A stretch of DNA of 63,933 nucleotides, filler included, from Aduncisulcus paluster (taxonomy: Eukaryota): the NCBI GenBank assembly GCA_024181965.1. It is 36 parts of 36 records of this genome, joined end to end, with 100 filler letters (N's around TTAATTAATTAA, not from the genome) between each part and the next. Parts side by side here need not be neighbours in the genome. Positions count along the whole stretch, not along the records: positions 10,803 to 11,958 come from BQXS01000763.1; positions 12,059 to 13,084 come from BQXS01000764.1; positions 13,185 to 14,433 come from BQXS01000765.1; positions 14,534 to 15,642 come from BQXS01000766.1; positions 15,743 to 16,769 come from BQXS01000772.1; positions 16,870 to 19,997 come from BQXS01000783.1; positions 20,098 to 21,542 come from BQXS01000784.1; positions 21,643 to 22,761 come from BQXS01000788.1; 28 more parts are not named here. One strand, written 5' to 3'. Each line of letters opens with the position of its first letter. Position 1 is the first letter of the stretch. The notes beneath the pieces are model-generated. The model was not told the DNA's origin and ran no database searches. It worked only from the letters and a program-made list of their open reading frames with translations. The position numbers and the translations under genes are program-made. Shown piece by piece: positions 11,797 through 24,300 of the stretch.

Positions 11797-12303
11797 CTCA
11801 GTGGGGATATCCGAGTAGTTTAAGGAAACACGTTTGGAGGGGGAATAATTCAGGTTAATTATCAGTGAATTAAGTAGGTTTCGAATAGAGAAAGATTTTT
11901 AGAGGTGGAGTCTTGTCGAAACCGATATAATAAGTGCATGGAATGAGATGAGAGTGGTNNNNNNNNNNNNNNNNNNNNNNNNNNNNNNNNNNNNNNNNNN
12001 NNTTAATTAATTAANNNNNNNNNNNNNNNNNNNNNNNNNNNNNNNNNNNNNNNNNNNNAAAGTATCCCCGTGTACTCTTTCAGTTTCTCTATGTAGCGAT
12101 TCATGTACACTCCTTCTATGTGATTTATGAGTAAAGAGACTGCCTACCAAACGACTCTATAAGTCTATCAGAAGGCAATCTCTATACTATGGCATATTCA
12201 GTTCGCTTTAATGTCAATGGTCAAAGACCATCCAGCTCGGCGATTTATTCATTAATCGGCCACTGCCTTGACAAGCAAATTGAAATGACCCTTACCGAAT
12301 TCT

Positions 12304-13084
12304 TTACTTGTGTACTGTCAGATTATATTGTACGGTCTGACCGCCTGTAGCGGATGTCACCGTAATAGTCACTGCGTTGTCACCAGCTGAAATTGGAATA
12401 GCCTGTGACAGATTGCCACTAGCAACAACTTCATTGTTCACCTTAATAACAGCATTCGTGTCCTCAGCAGTCGGCTTGATTTTTACGCTTGAAGCATTCG
12501 CCGGTACATTTCCAGTATAATCGTAATTACCAGGTGTCGGGTCAATTTGGACTGCTGGGCCCAAATAGCCACTAATCAGTATCTGTGTTAGATATGGGCT
12601 GCTGCTTCTAGTCACATCCACAGTATACATTGACAGTATAACTCCGCCCTCAAGGATCATTACAGCTATCTTGTTGTCCCCGACATCAAGCGATATTGCC
12701 TGTGACTCTGTTCCACTCGCGACAACTGCTCCATTTACCATAATCTGTGCATTTGGATTTTGCGCTGTTGGTGTGAATTTGATCGTTTCAACACTGTAGT
12801 CAACAGATTGAGTATATCCGAATGTTTCAGATGCAAAAGCTGGCGTCAATGTACCTACACTCGGAACCAAGTTAGAAAGATATATTCCAGGTTCTTTTTC
12901 CACATGGACCAAATATGTAACACTCTGTCCAACCACTGGTGTAACCTCAACTGTAATTGTGTTGATTCCATCATTTAACACGATCTCTTGAGATGCTGAT
13001 CCACTGGCTACCACTTGACCATTAACCTTAATCTGTGCATTAGGATCTACGGCTGTTGGTGTTAAAGTAATGCTGTCAATATCC
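12304..13084 (-). CDS. Bacterial surface protein with cadherin-like beta-sandwich repeats (C-terminal part)
   Basis: Repeated L.P.F....Y...V....I..TPTA.D..A.I.VNG..V.SG..S..I.L..G.N.I.V.V units, typical of Firmicutes. Confidence 0.88.
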
Positions 13085-13184
13085 NNNNNNNNNNNNNNNN
13101 NNNNNNNNNNNNNNNNNNNNNNNNNNNNTTAATTAATTAANNNNNNNNNNNNNNNNNNNNNNNNNNNNNNNNNNNNNNNNNNNN

Positions 13185-13443
13185 CGAATTTATTGATAAA
13201 TTATGTTCAATTGCACCTCCAAGAGTTAAGGATTTTAGAGGACTTGATAGAAATGGTTTTGATGGTGCTGGTAACTTTAACTTCGGATTAGATGAGCAAT
13301 TAATGTTCCCAGAAGTTGAATTTGACAATATTATTCAAACACATGGTATGAATATCTCTATTACAACTTCAACAAATAGTGATGAACAGTCTTATAGATT
13401 ATTAGAATTAATGGGTATACCATTTACTAAAGGGAGAGCATAA
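13185..13443 (+). CDS. rplE: 50S ribosomal protein L5, 3' part
   Basis: Manual translation gives [32 protein letters not shown]...GIPF; spc operon order. Confidence 0.96.
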
Positions 13444-13628
13444 TGGCAAAGAAGTCAATGATTGCAAAACAACAAAGAACACCTAAGTTTTCAAGTAGAG
13501 CTTATACAAGATGTTCTTCTTGTGGTAGACCAAAATCAGTTTACAGAGACTTTGGTCTTTGTAGAATTTGTTTAAGAAAAATGGCTAGCGAAGGTTTATT
13601 ACCTGGTGTTAGAAAATCTAGCTGGTAA
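13443..13628 (+). CDS. rpsN: 30S ribosomal protein S14, zinc-binding type Z
   Basis: 61 aa with CSSCGR...LCRIC. Confidence 0.97.
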   Translation: MAKKSMIAKQQRTPKFSSRAYTRCSSCGRPKSVYRDFGLCRICLRKMASEGLLPGVRKSSW

Positions 13629-13654
13629 GCTAAAAAAAGTAAGGAAAAAAGCCC

Positions 13655-14056
13655 ATGATGAATGATTTAATCGCAGACGCTTTAACAAGAATCAGAAATG
13701 CATCAATGAGAAAGTTAGAAGTAACTACATTGATCCATTCTAATACTGTAGAAGCACTTTGTAAAGTGTTAAAAGAAAAAGAGTATTTAGAAGAATGTAA
13801 AGTTGTAGAAACTGAAGGTTCTCCAAAGAAAACAATTAGTGTTACATTAAAATACGACGAAAATGACAATAGTGTTATTAATGAAGTTAAAAGAATTTCT
13901 AAGTCAGGTAGAAGAGTTTATAAAAACGCTTCTGAACTTAAATCTTTTAAAAATGGATACGGAACAATCGTAGTGAGTACTAACAAAGGTGTTATAAGTA
14001 ATGAAGAAGCTTATAAACTTAATGTTGGTGGTGAACTATTATGTTCAATTTGGTAA
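13655..14056 (+). CDS. rpsH: 30S ribosomal protein S8
   Basis: [30 protein letters not shown]. Confidence 0.98.
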   Translation: MMNDLIADALTRIRNASMRKLEVTTLIHSNTVEALCKVLKEKEYLEECKVVETEGSPKKTISVTLKYDENDNSVINEVKRISKSGRRVYKNASELKSFKNGYGTIVVSTNKGVISNEEAYKLNVGGELLCSIW

Positions 14057-14065
14057 GGAGTTAGT

Positions 14066-14433
14066 ATGTCTAGAATTGGTAAAAAAGCTATCTCAATCCC
14101 AAGTGGAGTTGAAGTTACAGTAAATAATGGTGTTGTTACAGTAAAAAAAGGTTCTAAATCTATTGATGTTGATACACATAATCGTGTAGGAACTGAATTA
14201 TCTGATGGTTCTCTTTCTTTTACTTTGGTTGGAGAAGAATTTCAAGATAGAGCTTACTGGGGTACATATAGAGCATTAACTCAAAACGCAATCACTGGTT
14301 TAACTGAAGGTTTTAAAAAATCTTTAGAGATCAATGGTGTTGGTTATAGAGCTGCTGTTAAAGGTAAAGTTTTAGAATTACAATTAGGTTTCTCTCATCC
14401 TATTAATTTTGATATCTCTGATGATATTGAAAT
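14066..14433 (+). CDS. rplF: 50S ribosomal protein L6, 5' part
   Basis: MSRIGKK, GVGYRA, LGFSHP; Campylobacterota-like. Confidence 0.98.
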
Positions 14434-14533
14434 NNNNNNNNNNNNNNNNNNNNNNNNNNNNNNNNNNNNNNNNNNNNTTAATTAATTAANNNNNNNNNNN
14501 NNNNNNNNNNNNNNNNNNNNNNNNNNNNNNNNN

Positions 14534-15642
14534 GGAGTATGTGCCAGGGAAGAAGAATATTGTGGCCGATACATTGTCTCGTATTGGACATCGTGAAGTG
14601 AAAGTGAAAACAGGTGAAGTGGTGAAAGAACAATCGAACAGTGAAGTGGATGCCGATGTTCTGGAATGGAGACCAGCTCATGTGGAAGCTCGTGCTGCTC
14701 CATTAGAAGGAAAGTTCCCTGAAGTGAAAGTGAGTGATCTCTCTTCGATGAAAAGCTGTGACTTCTTCAAAGAAGATAAATCTGGAGTGAAACAGAAACC
14801 AAAACCGTTTAAATGTGTCCTTGACAGTGATTGTGAAAACCGTGTGATGGTGGTAAGTGTTGAAGATACGACTCCCGTACTTGAAAATCATGATTCTCGT
14901 GAGAAGTGGGTGGAAAAGATTCGTGAGAGTCAACGAAAACATCTGGATAGTACAGGGTGGGAAGGGAAGGCTGACGATGAACTCATCGAAGTGAACGGTC
15001 GACTCTTAGTGCCTGAAAGTGATAGTGAATTGGTGACAGAAGTGTTGAGTGCTGTGCATGACGATCCGTTGGCTGGCCACGGGGGTATTTCTAAGATGCT
15101 TGAGTGTCTTCGTGATAATGGTGTGCATCTTGGCCATGCAGCGAAACATGCGAAAGAACATGTGGATAAGTGTTGTGTGTGTCAGAGAATGAAAGCTCGT
15201 TTACTTGTGAGAAGAATGATGAAGGATACGACAGTGAATTATCCTTTCGATTGTGTGGCAGTGGATACAGTGGGACCGATAATGCCTAGTGACAGTGGAA
15301 ATAGATACTTAGTGGTGATGGTGGATATGTTTACTCGGTGGACAGAGATCGTGGCGACGAAAACGAAGACTGCTGACGAGACTGCTCAAGCAATCGTGGA
15401 TGGGATCTTCGGTCGTTTCGGTTTGCCAAAGAGTATTCAGAGTGATCGTGGAAAAGAGTATGTGAACGGTGTTATCAGTGAATTATACCTTCGTCTTGGT
15501 GTGTCTCAGCATAAGGTGTTAGCTGCAAGACCACAAGCGAATGGAATGGTGGAACGTGCGAATCAAGAAGTGATAAGACATATACGGATTGCTTTAGCAA
15601 TGATCAAATACAAGGAAGATTGGGAACGTGCAATCCCTATGG
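14534..15642 (+). mobile_element. Ty3/Gypsy pol fragment (integrase)
   Basis: GKKNIVADTLSR; HHCC (H..GHGG..CCVC); DDE core (VDTVGP, SDRG, GMVER). Confidence 0.95.
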
Positions 15643-15742
15643 NNNNNNNNNNNNNNNNNNNNNNNNNNNNNNNNNNNNNNNNNNNNTTAATTAATTAANN
15701 NNNNNNNNNNNNNNNNNNNNNNNNNNNNNNNNNNNNNNNNNN

Positions 15743-16270
15743 GGGTTAAAAATGTTTAAATCATGTGTTTTGATGACTTTTTGAAAATTTCATTTTTTGG
15801 GTGTAGAAAAAATAAATTAAAAATCTTACACAGGAAAACCAAATTTTCATTTCTGGGTGTAAAAAATTTTTTTCAACTTTTCTACACGGGAAAATCGAAA
15901 AACACTAAAATGTCCCATAATACATTTTCCATGTCAGAAATGTCGGATTTCATGGTTAAAAATGTTTAAATCGTATGTTTTGATGACTTTTTGAAAATTT
16001 CATTTTTTGGGTGTAGAAAAAAATTTTCATTTTTTTACACGGGAAATCCAAATTTTCATTTTCGGGTGTAAATTTTTTTTTGCAATTTTTCTACACGGGA
16101 AAATCGAAAAACACTAAAACCTCTTATAACACAATTTCTACATTAAAAATGTTGAGTTTGGTGAGATGAAAGGTATAAAAAGGGTGTTTTAGTGAGTTTT
16201 GAAAATTTTCAATTTTCGGGTGTAGAAATGAACTCGTGAAAATTTTACACAGGAAAATAAAAATTTCCAA
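15743..16270. repeat. ~210-bp AT-tract satellite, ~2.5 units (same family as 62870-63780)
   Basis: GGTTAAAAATGTTTAAATC recurs at a 210-bp spacing. The reverse complement, including the unique flank, is in the last contig. Confidence 0.92.
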
Positions 16271-16869
16271 AACCCAATCAAATATACATAGATATCGTTT
16301 CTCAGTTATATTTCATTAATGATGATGATGTTTAAGTCGTGTATAAATTACTTTTAGTTATGTATCATATTGCCTTTACAGATTGTATATGACAATATAT
16401 TGGTCACTATCATATACACCCATATCATCACAAATTTTAAATAGTTTTACAGTGAATAAGTATGCTTCTCATACACCCTCAAAACATCGTCGTAGAGCAA
16501 AAATAATCACTTTTTTGAGCATTTCAGATCCACAAAAATCATCCATCATATATGACTGTTTTCTGTGAAAACGGGAATATAGTGCATGTTATATCGGTAG
16601 TTTTAAAAATATTGGGATAGATATATTGATGTCATATTAATGTATAAAATTCAAATTATCAGGGTATCTTCCAGTCAATATTCATATCATTGGTTGACCA
16701 AACATTAAGTGCTCATAAGTGAAATATTCTGGTGAGGTAAGGTACAGCCACATTATTAAAACAATAGTANNNNNNNNNNNNNNNNNNNNNNNNNNNNNNN
16801 NNNNNNNNNNNNNTTAATTAATTAANNNNNNNNNNNNNNNNNNNNNNNNNNNNNNNNNNNNNNNNNNNN

Positions 16870-17114
16870 TGTAAATGAGCATTAGTAAAACGGTCATGCA
16901 AACCGGAGAAATAAACTTTTTCTAATCGTTGTTGGTTGCCATTTATCGATAAGAAATGAGGTGTATCACTAAGGTTAAACCTCAGGTTAATATTGCGTTG
17001 GGGAATTAATTTATGGTCCATTTCCAATTGGCTGGTTTGAAAGGACCAAAAGAATTTGATATATCTCTTGAGTATCGGATGCTGAACTGAATATTTTTTT
17101 ATTACGTGCTGCAT
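16870..17114 (-). CDS. AraC-family regulator N-terminal (DUF6597-like) domain, partial
   Basis: P.LKRYIKFFW...LIP pattern typical of Bacteroidota AraC N-termini. Confidence 0.7.
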
Positions 17115-17137
17115 TTGTTTTCAATCAAATTAATCTA

Positions 17138-17626
17138 TCACTTCAAAAAATGATTCTTATCAATACATGCTTCTAAATTTCGGTATGAATAAATTCCAAA
17201 TTTAATTCCACTTGATAAATTATTTTCTGAGATGAATGAACTGAATATTTGATTTAAATTGTCTAGTTGACTACCGTTTATTGTCAAATTTGTAACTAAA
17301 CAGTAAAAATTGTAATCAAGTTTATTTTTAATAAATACTTTTTCAAGTTCTGACTTAAGGTCTTTGTTTAAACTTGCGAAACTGTCCTTGTTTGATTTAT
17401 GTTTAGCTTGAAAAAGGTAATTGTATTCATGATTATTAAGTCCAAAAAAGTTGGATTTTCCTTTGTAAATGAAATCTCTCCCTTTGTCACTTCCTCCTTC
17501 GATGAAACTAAGAGAATTTGCCACATCCAATTGTAAACATTTAAAAGATAGAATTTCAAATTGTTGCCATTCCAACTTCTCGATATCATATTGTAGTCTT
17601 TTCTCCATTGTAATTCTTGGTACCAT
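17138..17626 (-). CDS. Restriction-endonuclease-like (Mrr-type) domain protein, probably truncated
   Basis: L...FE.L...L, GGSDKGRD, FQAKH and CLVTN motifs of PD-(D/E)XK REase domains. Confidence 0.75.
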   Translation of the reverse strand: MVPRITMEKRLQYDIEKLEWQQFEILSFKCLQLDVANSLSFIEGGSDKGRDFIYKGKSNFFGLNNHEYNYLFQAKHKSNKDSFASLNKDLKSELEKVFIKNKLDYNFYCLVTNLTINGSQLDNLNQIFSSFISENNLSSGIKFGIYSYRNLEACIDKNHFLK

Positions 17627-17964
17627 TCTTATTCAATGATTGCGGGTGTTTTTAGTATGATGCACAACGAATATGGTATCATTACCAGTTCCTGCTATTT
17701 TTTTTACTTTATTTTAAAGGAAATATTACACCTCTATTTTGGTCGGTATAACAACACCTTTTATGCTAAATTCCTTTAAATATAGTTGTTTGTTTTCTGC
17801 TGTTTCCGGGTATTGTTTTTGGTTTTAATTTCTTAAAAATAAACATTATTTCATAACAGCGGTGAGGAGCAGATAAAAAATAGCGGTTGGGAATAGAAAA
17901 CAGGGTGTGTAAATGCGATTACAAATCGCATCACCCGGTGTTGTTTATGGAAAAAAGCGAAGCC

Positions 17965-18300
17965 AGGCCTCGCGCAGGGTGTCGGCGCTTGCCGATTTAT
18001 CCACCAGCGCTCCAGGGGCCTTTCGGCGGTTACCGAAAGTTCAAACGAGGGCTCGGGCAAGCTTTCGGCAAGCGCCGAAACACCGAACGAGACCTGAAGC
18101 AGCTTTCGGCAGCTGTTGAAACCTTCAGCCAGCCCTCGCGCAGACTTTCCCCTTTGGTGGAATCTCCGCCCAGAGGTCGCGCGAACTTTCCCTGCCCGGG
18201 GAAACTTAAATAAGACCTCCGGCAGACTTTCCCCCTTGGAGGAAACCTTAATTTAGGCCTCGGGCAGACTTTCCCCAATAGGGGAAACCTTCAGCGAGCA
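17965..18300. repeat. Degenerate ~41-42-bp periodic hairpin array, ~8 units
   Basis: CTTTC(GG/CC)...GAAA hairpins start at 18020, 18062, 18103, 18145, 18186, 18227 and 18269, with a weaker one near 17980. Confidence 0.75.
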
Positions 18301-18319
18301 CCAGGTCGGTTTTTCGCCT

Positions 18320-19997
18320 TTAAAACCGGTATAAATTATCGGTTTCCGATATATTTTCTCCCTTGCTGTTCAGGACGGTAAGTTGCAGTTTTCCACCGTT
18401 CGAATCAAAATAAAGTACTTTAATGGGGTGCAGTCCTTTATCGAGTGCTTTCATTCCCGCAACCTCTCTGGAACTGTGCGCCCCATCGTTATTAATCACT
18501 TCTTCGTTGTCGATATACAGAATGGATCCATCATCGGAAAGCAATTTGAATGTATAAATATCTTTTTCAGCAACATTGATATAACCGGTGAGTACCAGCC
18601 CGATGTTGCCTTTTACTTCTTTCGGAATTGCAACGCCCGGAGCCGTGTATTCTCCATTCAATGGAGCCTGTTCAATTTCTTCGCACGAGCTTCCGCGATA
18701 TTCATGCCATAATGCTTTTAGTCCGCTGTTGGTAAGCGTTGTGTCTTTGCTGGGTGTGTATTCGCCTTTTATAAATTTGGTCTCGAAAATATCGCCTTTG
18801 CTTCCATCGGGGTAAAAATACCGGAAACTAAAGTTGGTGGTTTTATCAATTTTTATCGGGCCTGCGTACAATTCCGATTCCGGTGTGGGAAAACTGCCGT
18901 CGGTAGTATAATGAATGCTGGCTTTGTTGTACCCGCTTTTTAAATCGATGTTGGTTTCGCCAATAAACATGTTGGTTTTGNNNNNNNNNNNNNNNNNNNN
19001 AGCGCTCGAAATTTACCTCTACTTTGTGCTGAAAACGGGGCCAGTTGTTGCTGGTGGTATCGTGCCAGCATACTTCTGAAAGCGCCAGCATACGCGGTAA
19101 AATCTGGTAATGCAAACGCGCAACCGTAGGAATGCTTTCCGTCCAGGTATTGGCCTGTACTCCGATTACCAATTTTTTTTGCTCATCGCTCAAACTGCTT
19201 TTTACCGGTTCGTATTCGTATAAATCTTTTAGCGTACTTTTGGCCGGTTTATAGTCGAAATAAAAATGTTCGCTGGTTGTAACAATAGCCTGGTTACCAG
19301 TTGAAGTTGCCCGTGGTACAGCATCGGGAACCCATCCGCGCNNNNNNNNNNNNNNNNNNNNNNNNNNNNNNNNNNNNNNNNNNNNNNNNNNNNNNNNNNN
19401 NNNNNNNNNNNNNNNNNNNNNNNNNNNNNNNNNNNNNNNNNNNNNNNNNNNNNNNNNNNNNNNNNNNNCTGATGGAGACAGTCCTCCTTCGATTATTTCG
19501 TCCCAACCGATTAGCTTTTTCCCGTTTTCGTTGAAAAATTTCTCCATATATTTTACAAACCAGGCTTGTAATTCTTCTTCTGTTTTCAGGCCATTTTCAC
19601 GCATACGTTTTTGGCAATCGGGACACTTTTTCCAGTTGGTTTTATCAACCTCGTCTGCCCCCAGGTGCACATATTCGTATGGAAATAGTTTGAAAACTTC
19701 GCTGTATACATTTTTACAAAATTCCAGGGCACTCTCTTTTCCCGGGCAAATAGGCGATGAAAATACCTCTCCCCAGCCGGTTTGTTTGAAACAGGAAATC
19801 CCATCGTAATTTTCTATGGCGGCAAGAAAATGCCCCGGCATATCAATCTCCGGAATAATGTCTATTCCCCGGTCTTTTGCAAATGCAACAACTTCGCGTA
19901 TATCATCCTGTGTATAATAGCCGCCATAAAGTGTATCTCCGTCAACAATTTCCATTTTCTCTGAAGGCAATAAAAAATCTGTATTGTCCTGTTCTTT
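18320..19997 (-). CDS. GH20 beta-N-acetylhexosaminidase with Fn3-associated and PA14 domains (Bacteroidota); split by scaffold gaps
   Basis: IIPEIDMPGH, HLGADE, YFDY, GVQANTWTE, PRMLALSE; YTTDGSFP; SDDGS.L.ID PA14 motif. Confidence 0.95.
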
Positions 19998-20097
19998 NNN
20001 NNNNNNNNNNNNNNNNNNNNNNNNNNNNNNNNNNNNNNNNNTTAATTAATTAANNNNNNNNNNNNNNNNNNNNNNNNNNNNNNNNNNNNNNNNNNNN

Positions 20098-20949
20098 ATC
20101 GATAAATAAAACAGCATTTTTCTTTTTACTTACCTCTTTTAAAACAGCTTTGAGTTTTTTCTCAAAATCACCTCTATATTTGGTTCCTGCAAGCATTGAA
20201 CCCATATCTAGTGAATAAATTTTTGCATCTATTAAAAACTCTGGAACTTCTTCATTTGCAATGGCTAAAGCTAAACCCTCAGCAATTGCTGTTTTCCCTA
20301 CACCAGTTTCTCCTAGTAAAATAGGGTTGTTCTTCTTTCTTCTTGCTAGAATCTCAATAACTCTTGCTATCTCTTTTTCTCTACTAATAACAGGATCTAT
20401 TTTACCATCTTTTGCAATACTTACAAGTTCAACACTATTTTGCTCTAGTGGTGTTTCCTCTTTAAGCTTTTTTTTATCAAGTTTAGCAAAATCTTCCTCT
20501 GCATCATTTTCATACTCATCATCATTTCCATGACTAATCTCTTCTAAGATATCTACTCTTTCTAGACCTTGTTGATGAAGGAGGTAAGTACAATAAGCGT
20601 GTTCATCTTTTAAAATATATACAAACATATCTTCAACAGTTGATTCTTTTTTTCCTGAAAGTGAAGAGTGGGTAATCATTTGTTCTATTGTATTTGTTAA
20701 TGTAATTGTTTCAACGGGATCTTCATGTTCTAACTCTTTTGGATATTTAGGAGTATTTTTTAAAATATAATCCTTAAGCTGTGAATAAAGAAAATCAATA
20801 TCTATGTCCATTTCTCGTAAAAGTTTGATAATAGTTTCTGATTTGATTAGATATACAAAAACATGTTCCATTGTTATATATTCATGACTATTTGCGCGTG
20901 CATAATTAACAGCATTGGTAAAAACTTTTTGAAGATCTATATGTATCAT
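20098..20949 (-). CDS. clpA: ATP-dependent Clp protease ATPase ClpA, 5' part
   Basis: [15 protein letters not shown], Walker [18 protein letters not shown]; follows clpS. Likely start is the ATG at 20949. Confidence 0.95.
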
Positions 20950-20951
20950 TG

Positions 20952-21251
20952 TTATTCCTCTTCGGCGATTGCTTTTAGTGGAAAGTTCGCCTTTCTTGCC
21001 ATTGTTTTTACTTGAGATACTTTTGTTAAAGCAATCTCTTTTGTATATACGCCACAAACTGCTTTTCCATTGTTGTGAACATTGAGCATAATTGCTTCAG
21101 ATTCTTCTAATGATTTTCGAAAAACTCGTGTAAGAATTTCGATAACGAAATCCATAGTAGAAAAATCATCATTGAGTAATAATACCTTGTATTTTTTAGG
21201 TTCTTCTATCTCTAATTCATTTTCTAATTCATATTTATAACTGTTTGCCAT
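20952..21251 (-). CDS. clpS: Clp protease adaptor ClpS
   Basis: [32 protein letters not shown]. Confidence 0.97.
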   Translation of the reverse strand: MANSYKYELENELEIEEPKKYKVLLLNDDFSTMDFVIEILTRVFRKSLEESEAIMLNVHNNGKAVCGVYTKEIALTKVSQVKTMARKANFPLKAIAEEE

Positions 21252-21542
21252 CTATTTTAAAACCTTTTCTTTTATTATACATCTAGTAGCTTTCTCTATA
21301 AGTCTTCTAGCTACTAAATCATGCTCATGCACAAATGAGTCTATTTGCAAATCTTCAAATTCTTCTATTTGTGATTCATGAGATATTTTAACGGTAATTG
21401 ATATATTTGGATCAATATTTTTTATTGTTTGACTTATCAATCTGATGTTATCATCATTTTCCATTGCAATTATAACAGCAATAGCATCTTTTATAAATAA
21501 AGAATTTAGCATAGTTTTAGAAGCTGCATTTCCAAAAATAAC
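21252..21542 (-). CDS. C-terminal TrkA-N/KTN domain, probably of a Kef-type cation:proton antiporter
   Basis: IFGNAASKTMLNSL.I..A.AVII KTN pattern. Confidence 0.65.
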   Translation of the reverse strand, partial: VIFGNAASKTMLNSLFIKDAIAVIIAMENDDNIRLISQTIKNIDPNISITVKISHESQIEEFEDLQIDSFVHEHDLVARRLIEKATRCIIKEKVLK

Positions 21543-21642
21543 NNNNNNNNNNNNNNNNNNNNNNNNNNNNNNNNNNNNNNNNNNNNTTAATTAATTAANN
21601 NNNNNNNNNNNNNNNNNNNNNNNNNNNNNNNNNNNNNNNNNN

Positions 21643-22761
21643 GCACTTGCTGACTTGGATTTCATTGATAGCCTGCCAAACCTCGTTTTCCTCGAAATAG
21701 TTAATTGCTACCTTCTTGATATTTCCAAGTTATCTCAAGTGAAGAATACACTTGAACATTTCAGTATATCTTATGGTGAGATCATCTACAGCATGTCTGT
21801 CTTATCCGAGTTGACAAACCTCAAATATTTGGAACTCTCTAATGTGACTACCTATGCACCAAACCTTCCCGACCTTTCGTCTCTCACTGCTTTGAAACAT
21901 CTTGATCTCCATGCGTTGCAAAGAGATGTCGGGTGGGATATATCATGGATCTCATCCTTGCCGAATCTGGAGTATTTAGATCTGTGTGAGGCAACAATCC
22001 AAGATTTTAGTGCCTCGTATTTATCCAACATAGCGAATATGAAGGTTCTAAATATTTACGAAGTTAGCGAAATCAATTCTTATTCTTTTCTAAATGATGC
22101 AACTAATTTGGAATCATTGAGCTTGGGATTTCAAAGTTATGACGAATCTCCTTGTTCTACCTTACCTGATATGTCCAATCTCCCCAATCTCCAAAATTTG
22201 GAGATGGAATGTACATCTCTCGATGATTCTGATCTCCAAAATATTTCTCAATTAGTTAACTTGGAAATCTTGCAATTGGAGTTAAATTCTGCTATTACTG
22301 ATATATCCTCCCTTTCCCCCCTCTCCTCTCTCAAGGCTCTGATTATTAGTGATGGCTATCATCTACTCGATATGTCCGTTCCTTCTCTTCCTTCCCTTGA
22401 GTATTTGAGCTTACCTTCTTCAACTGATACTGTTCTTCCTGATCTTTCCTCTGTTCCCAAGTTGCGTGTATTTTCGTGGATTGAGAATTCTATCTCTGAT
22501 TATTCCAACCTATCCACAGCAACTGCACTCCAATCACTTAATATTTCTCATTGTGCCTTGATCGATGGAACACAACTTTCTAGTATTCTATCCTCTTTGT
22601 CAGGATTGAATGATCTTACAATCTCAGTTTATAATCCCGATTCAGCTACGTTCGATTTGAGCCTCGTCCGAAGTCTAAAATATCTTAATGTTAGTGGAAC
22701 TTGGTCTGATATGTCTGAAGCAATTCTTCCTCCAAATGTAAGAAAGCTATACCTTTATGCT
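21643..22761 (+). CDS. Leucine-rich repeat (internalin-like) protein, internal fragment, probably eukaryotic
   Basis: LxxLxxLxLxx repeats of ~22-25 aa throughout. Confidence 0.9.
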
Positions 22762-22861
22762 NNNNNNNNNNNNNNNNNNNNNNNNNNNNNNNNNNNNNNN
22801 NNNNNTTAATTAATTAANNNNNNNNNNNNNNNNNNNNNNNNNNNNNNNNNNNNNNNNNNNN

Positions 22862-24070
22862 TGTCGAGCTCGTCCGTTTAGGATTGAGTTGAAGGAAAAA
22901 GATGTAGTTATTTCCGATGTACCTCGTCGCTTATCACCTAAACGACGTGAAATCTTAGAACAATTACTACAGGAATTATTGGACAAGAAGTTTATTCGAA
23001 GATCAAAATCTCCCTACGCATCTCCAATTGTTTTGGTTCCAAAGAAAAATGGATCGTTTCGACTATGTGTCGACTATCGTGTATTGAACGAACATATTGT
23101 TCCTATTCGTTACCCACTCCCCCGAATTGATGAATTATTAACCCAATTAGTAGGATCACGGTATTTTACTACTCTCGACTTGCAGCATGGTTATCACCAA
23201 ATACCAATTGAAGAAAGTTCAATTCCTTTGACAGCTTTCACGACCCCTCTGGGCCTTTTTGAATACACCGTACTTCCTTTTGGTATCACTACGGCTCCGG
23301 CATTCTTTCAGAAGATGGTATCCGAGTTGTTTGCAGATCTGCTATTTCACGGGGTACTGGTGTACCTTGATGACATTGTAGTTTATGCAAAGGAGTATGA
23401 TGAATTCATGAAGTTGATGGGAGTTGTTTTGAAGAGATTAGGTCAGTTTGGATTGAGACTTAATATGGAAAAATGTTCTTTCTTGACGAAGGAAGTCGAG
23501 TATTTAGGATGGGTTATATCCGAAGAGGGTAGGAAGATTAGTCAGTCAAGAGTACAAGACTTGGCGAAATTAACACCACCAACATCGAGGAAGGAAGTCC
23601 AAGCCTTTGTGGGATTGACGAATTACTTCCGGGAGTATATTCCAAACTACTCCACAGTCCTTGAACCGATTACACGTTTGTTGGGGAAAACAGTTCCTTG
23701 GTCTTGGACTGATGAACAAGAAAAGGCTTCTCGTGACGTGATAGAAGAGTTAAAAGGTGGTAGAATATTGGCTCCCTTGAAGGAAGATTCGGACTTAATT
23801 CTCTACACTGACGCCTCTTCTGTCGGCATTGGCGCTGTGTTGATGCAGAAGGAAAAGGGTGAGGAGATAGAGAAACCTATTTTATTCATCTCGAAGAAAT
23901 TAACTGAAGTCCAGTCGAGATGGAGTACAGCAGAACAAGAAGCTTATGCTGTTGTGGAGGCAGTATTGAAGTGTGAAGGTTATTTGAGAGGTAGACCGTT
24001 CACGTTGAAGACAGACCATCGGAACTTGGTCTATATTCAGAAGGCTCCGAATGCCAAACTGACTCGTTGG
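22862..24070 (+). mobile_element. Ty3/Gypsy pol fragment (RT + RNase H)
   Basis: RLCVDYR, LDLQHGYHQ, LPFG, YLDD, TDAS, EQEA, TDH. Confidence 0.96.
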
Positions 24071-24300
24071 NNNNNNNNNNNNNNNNNNNNNNNNNNNNNN
24101 NNNNNNNNNNNNNNTTAATTAATTAANNNNNNNNNNNNNNNNNNNNNNNNNNNNNNNNNNNNNNNNNNNNGCCGCGCGACTCCACGCGAGAGGTTGCTGA
24201 AAACACTTGAATTGAGTAAAAAGATATTTTAAACCATATTCGACATTTACATAGACAATAGCGGCCGGTCACATATATAGGGCGGTAAAAGAAGAATTTA

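Noticed and set aside
15763..15969. Duplicated 68-aa ORF (also 63376..63582)
   Set aside because: It is a translation of the satellite unit with no protein-like features.
18320..19997. GH20 and PA14 as separate genes
   Set aside because: The frame change falls in an N gap of estimated length; this is the known single-protein architecture.
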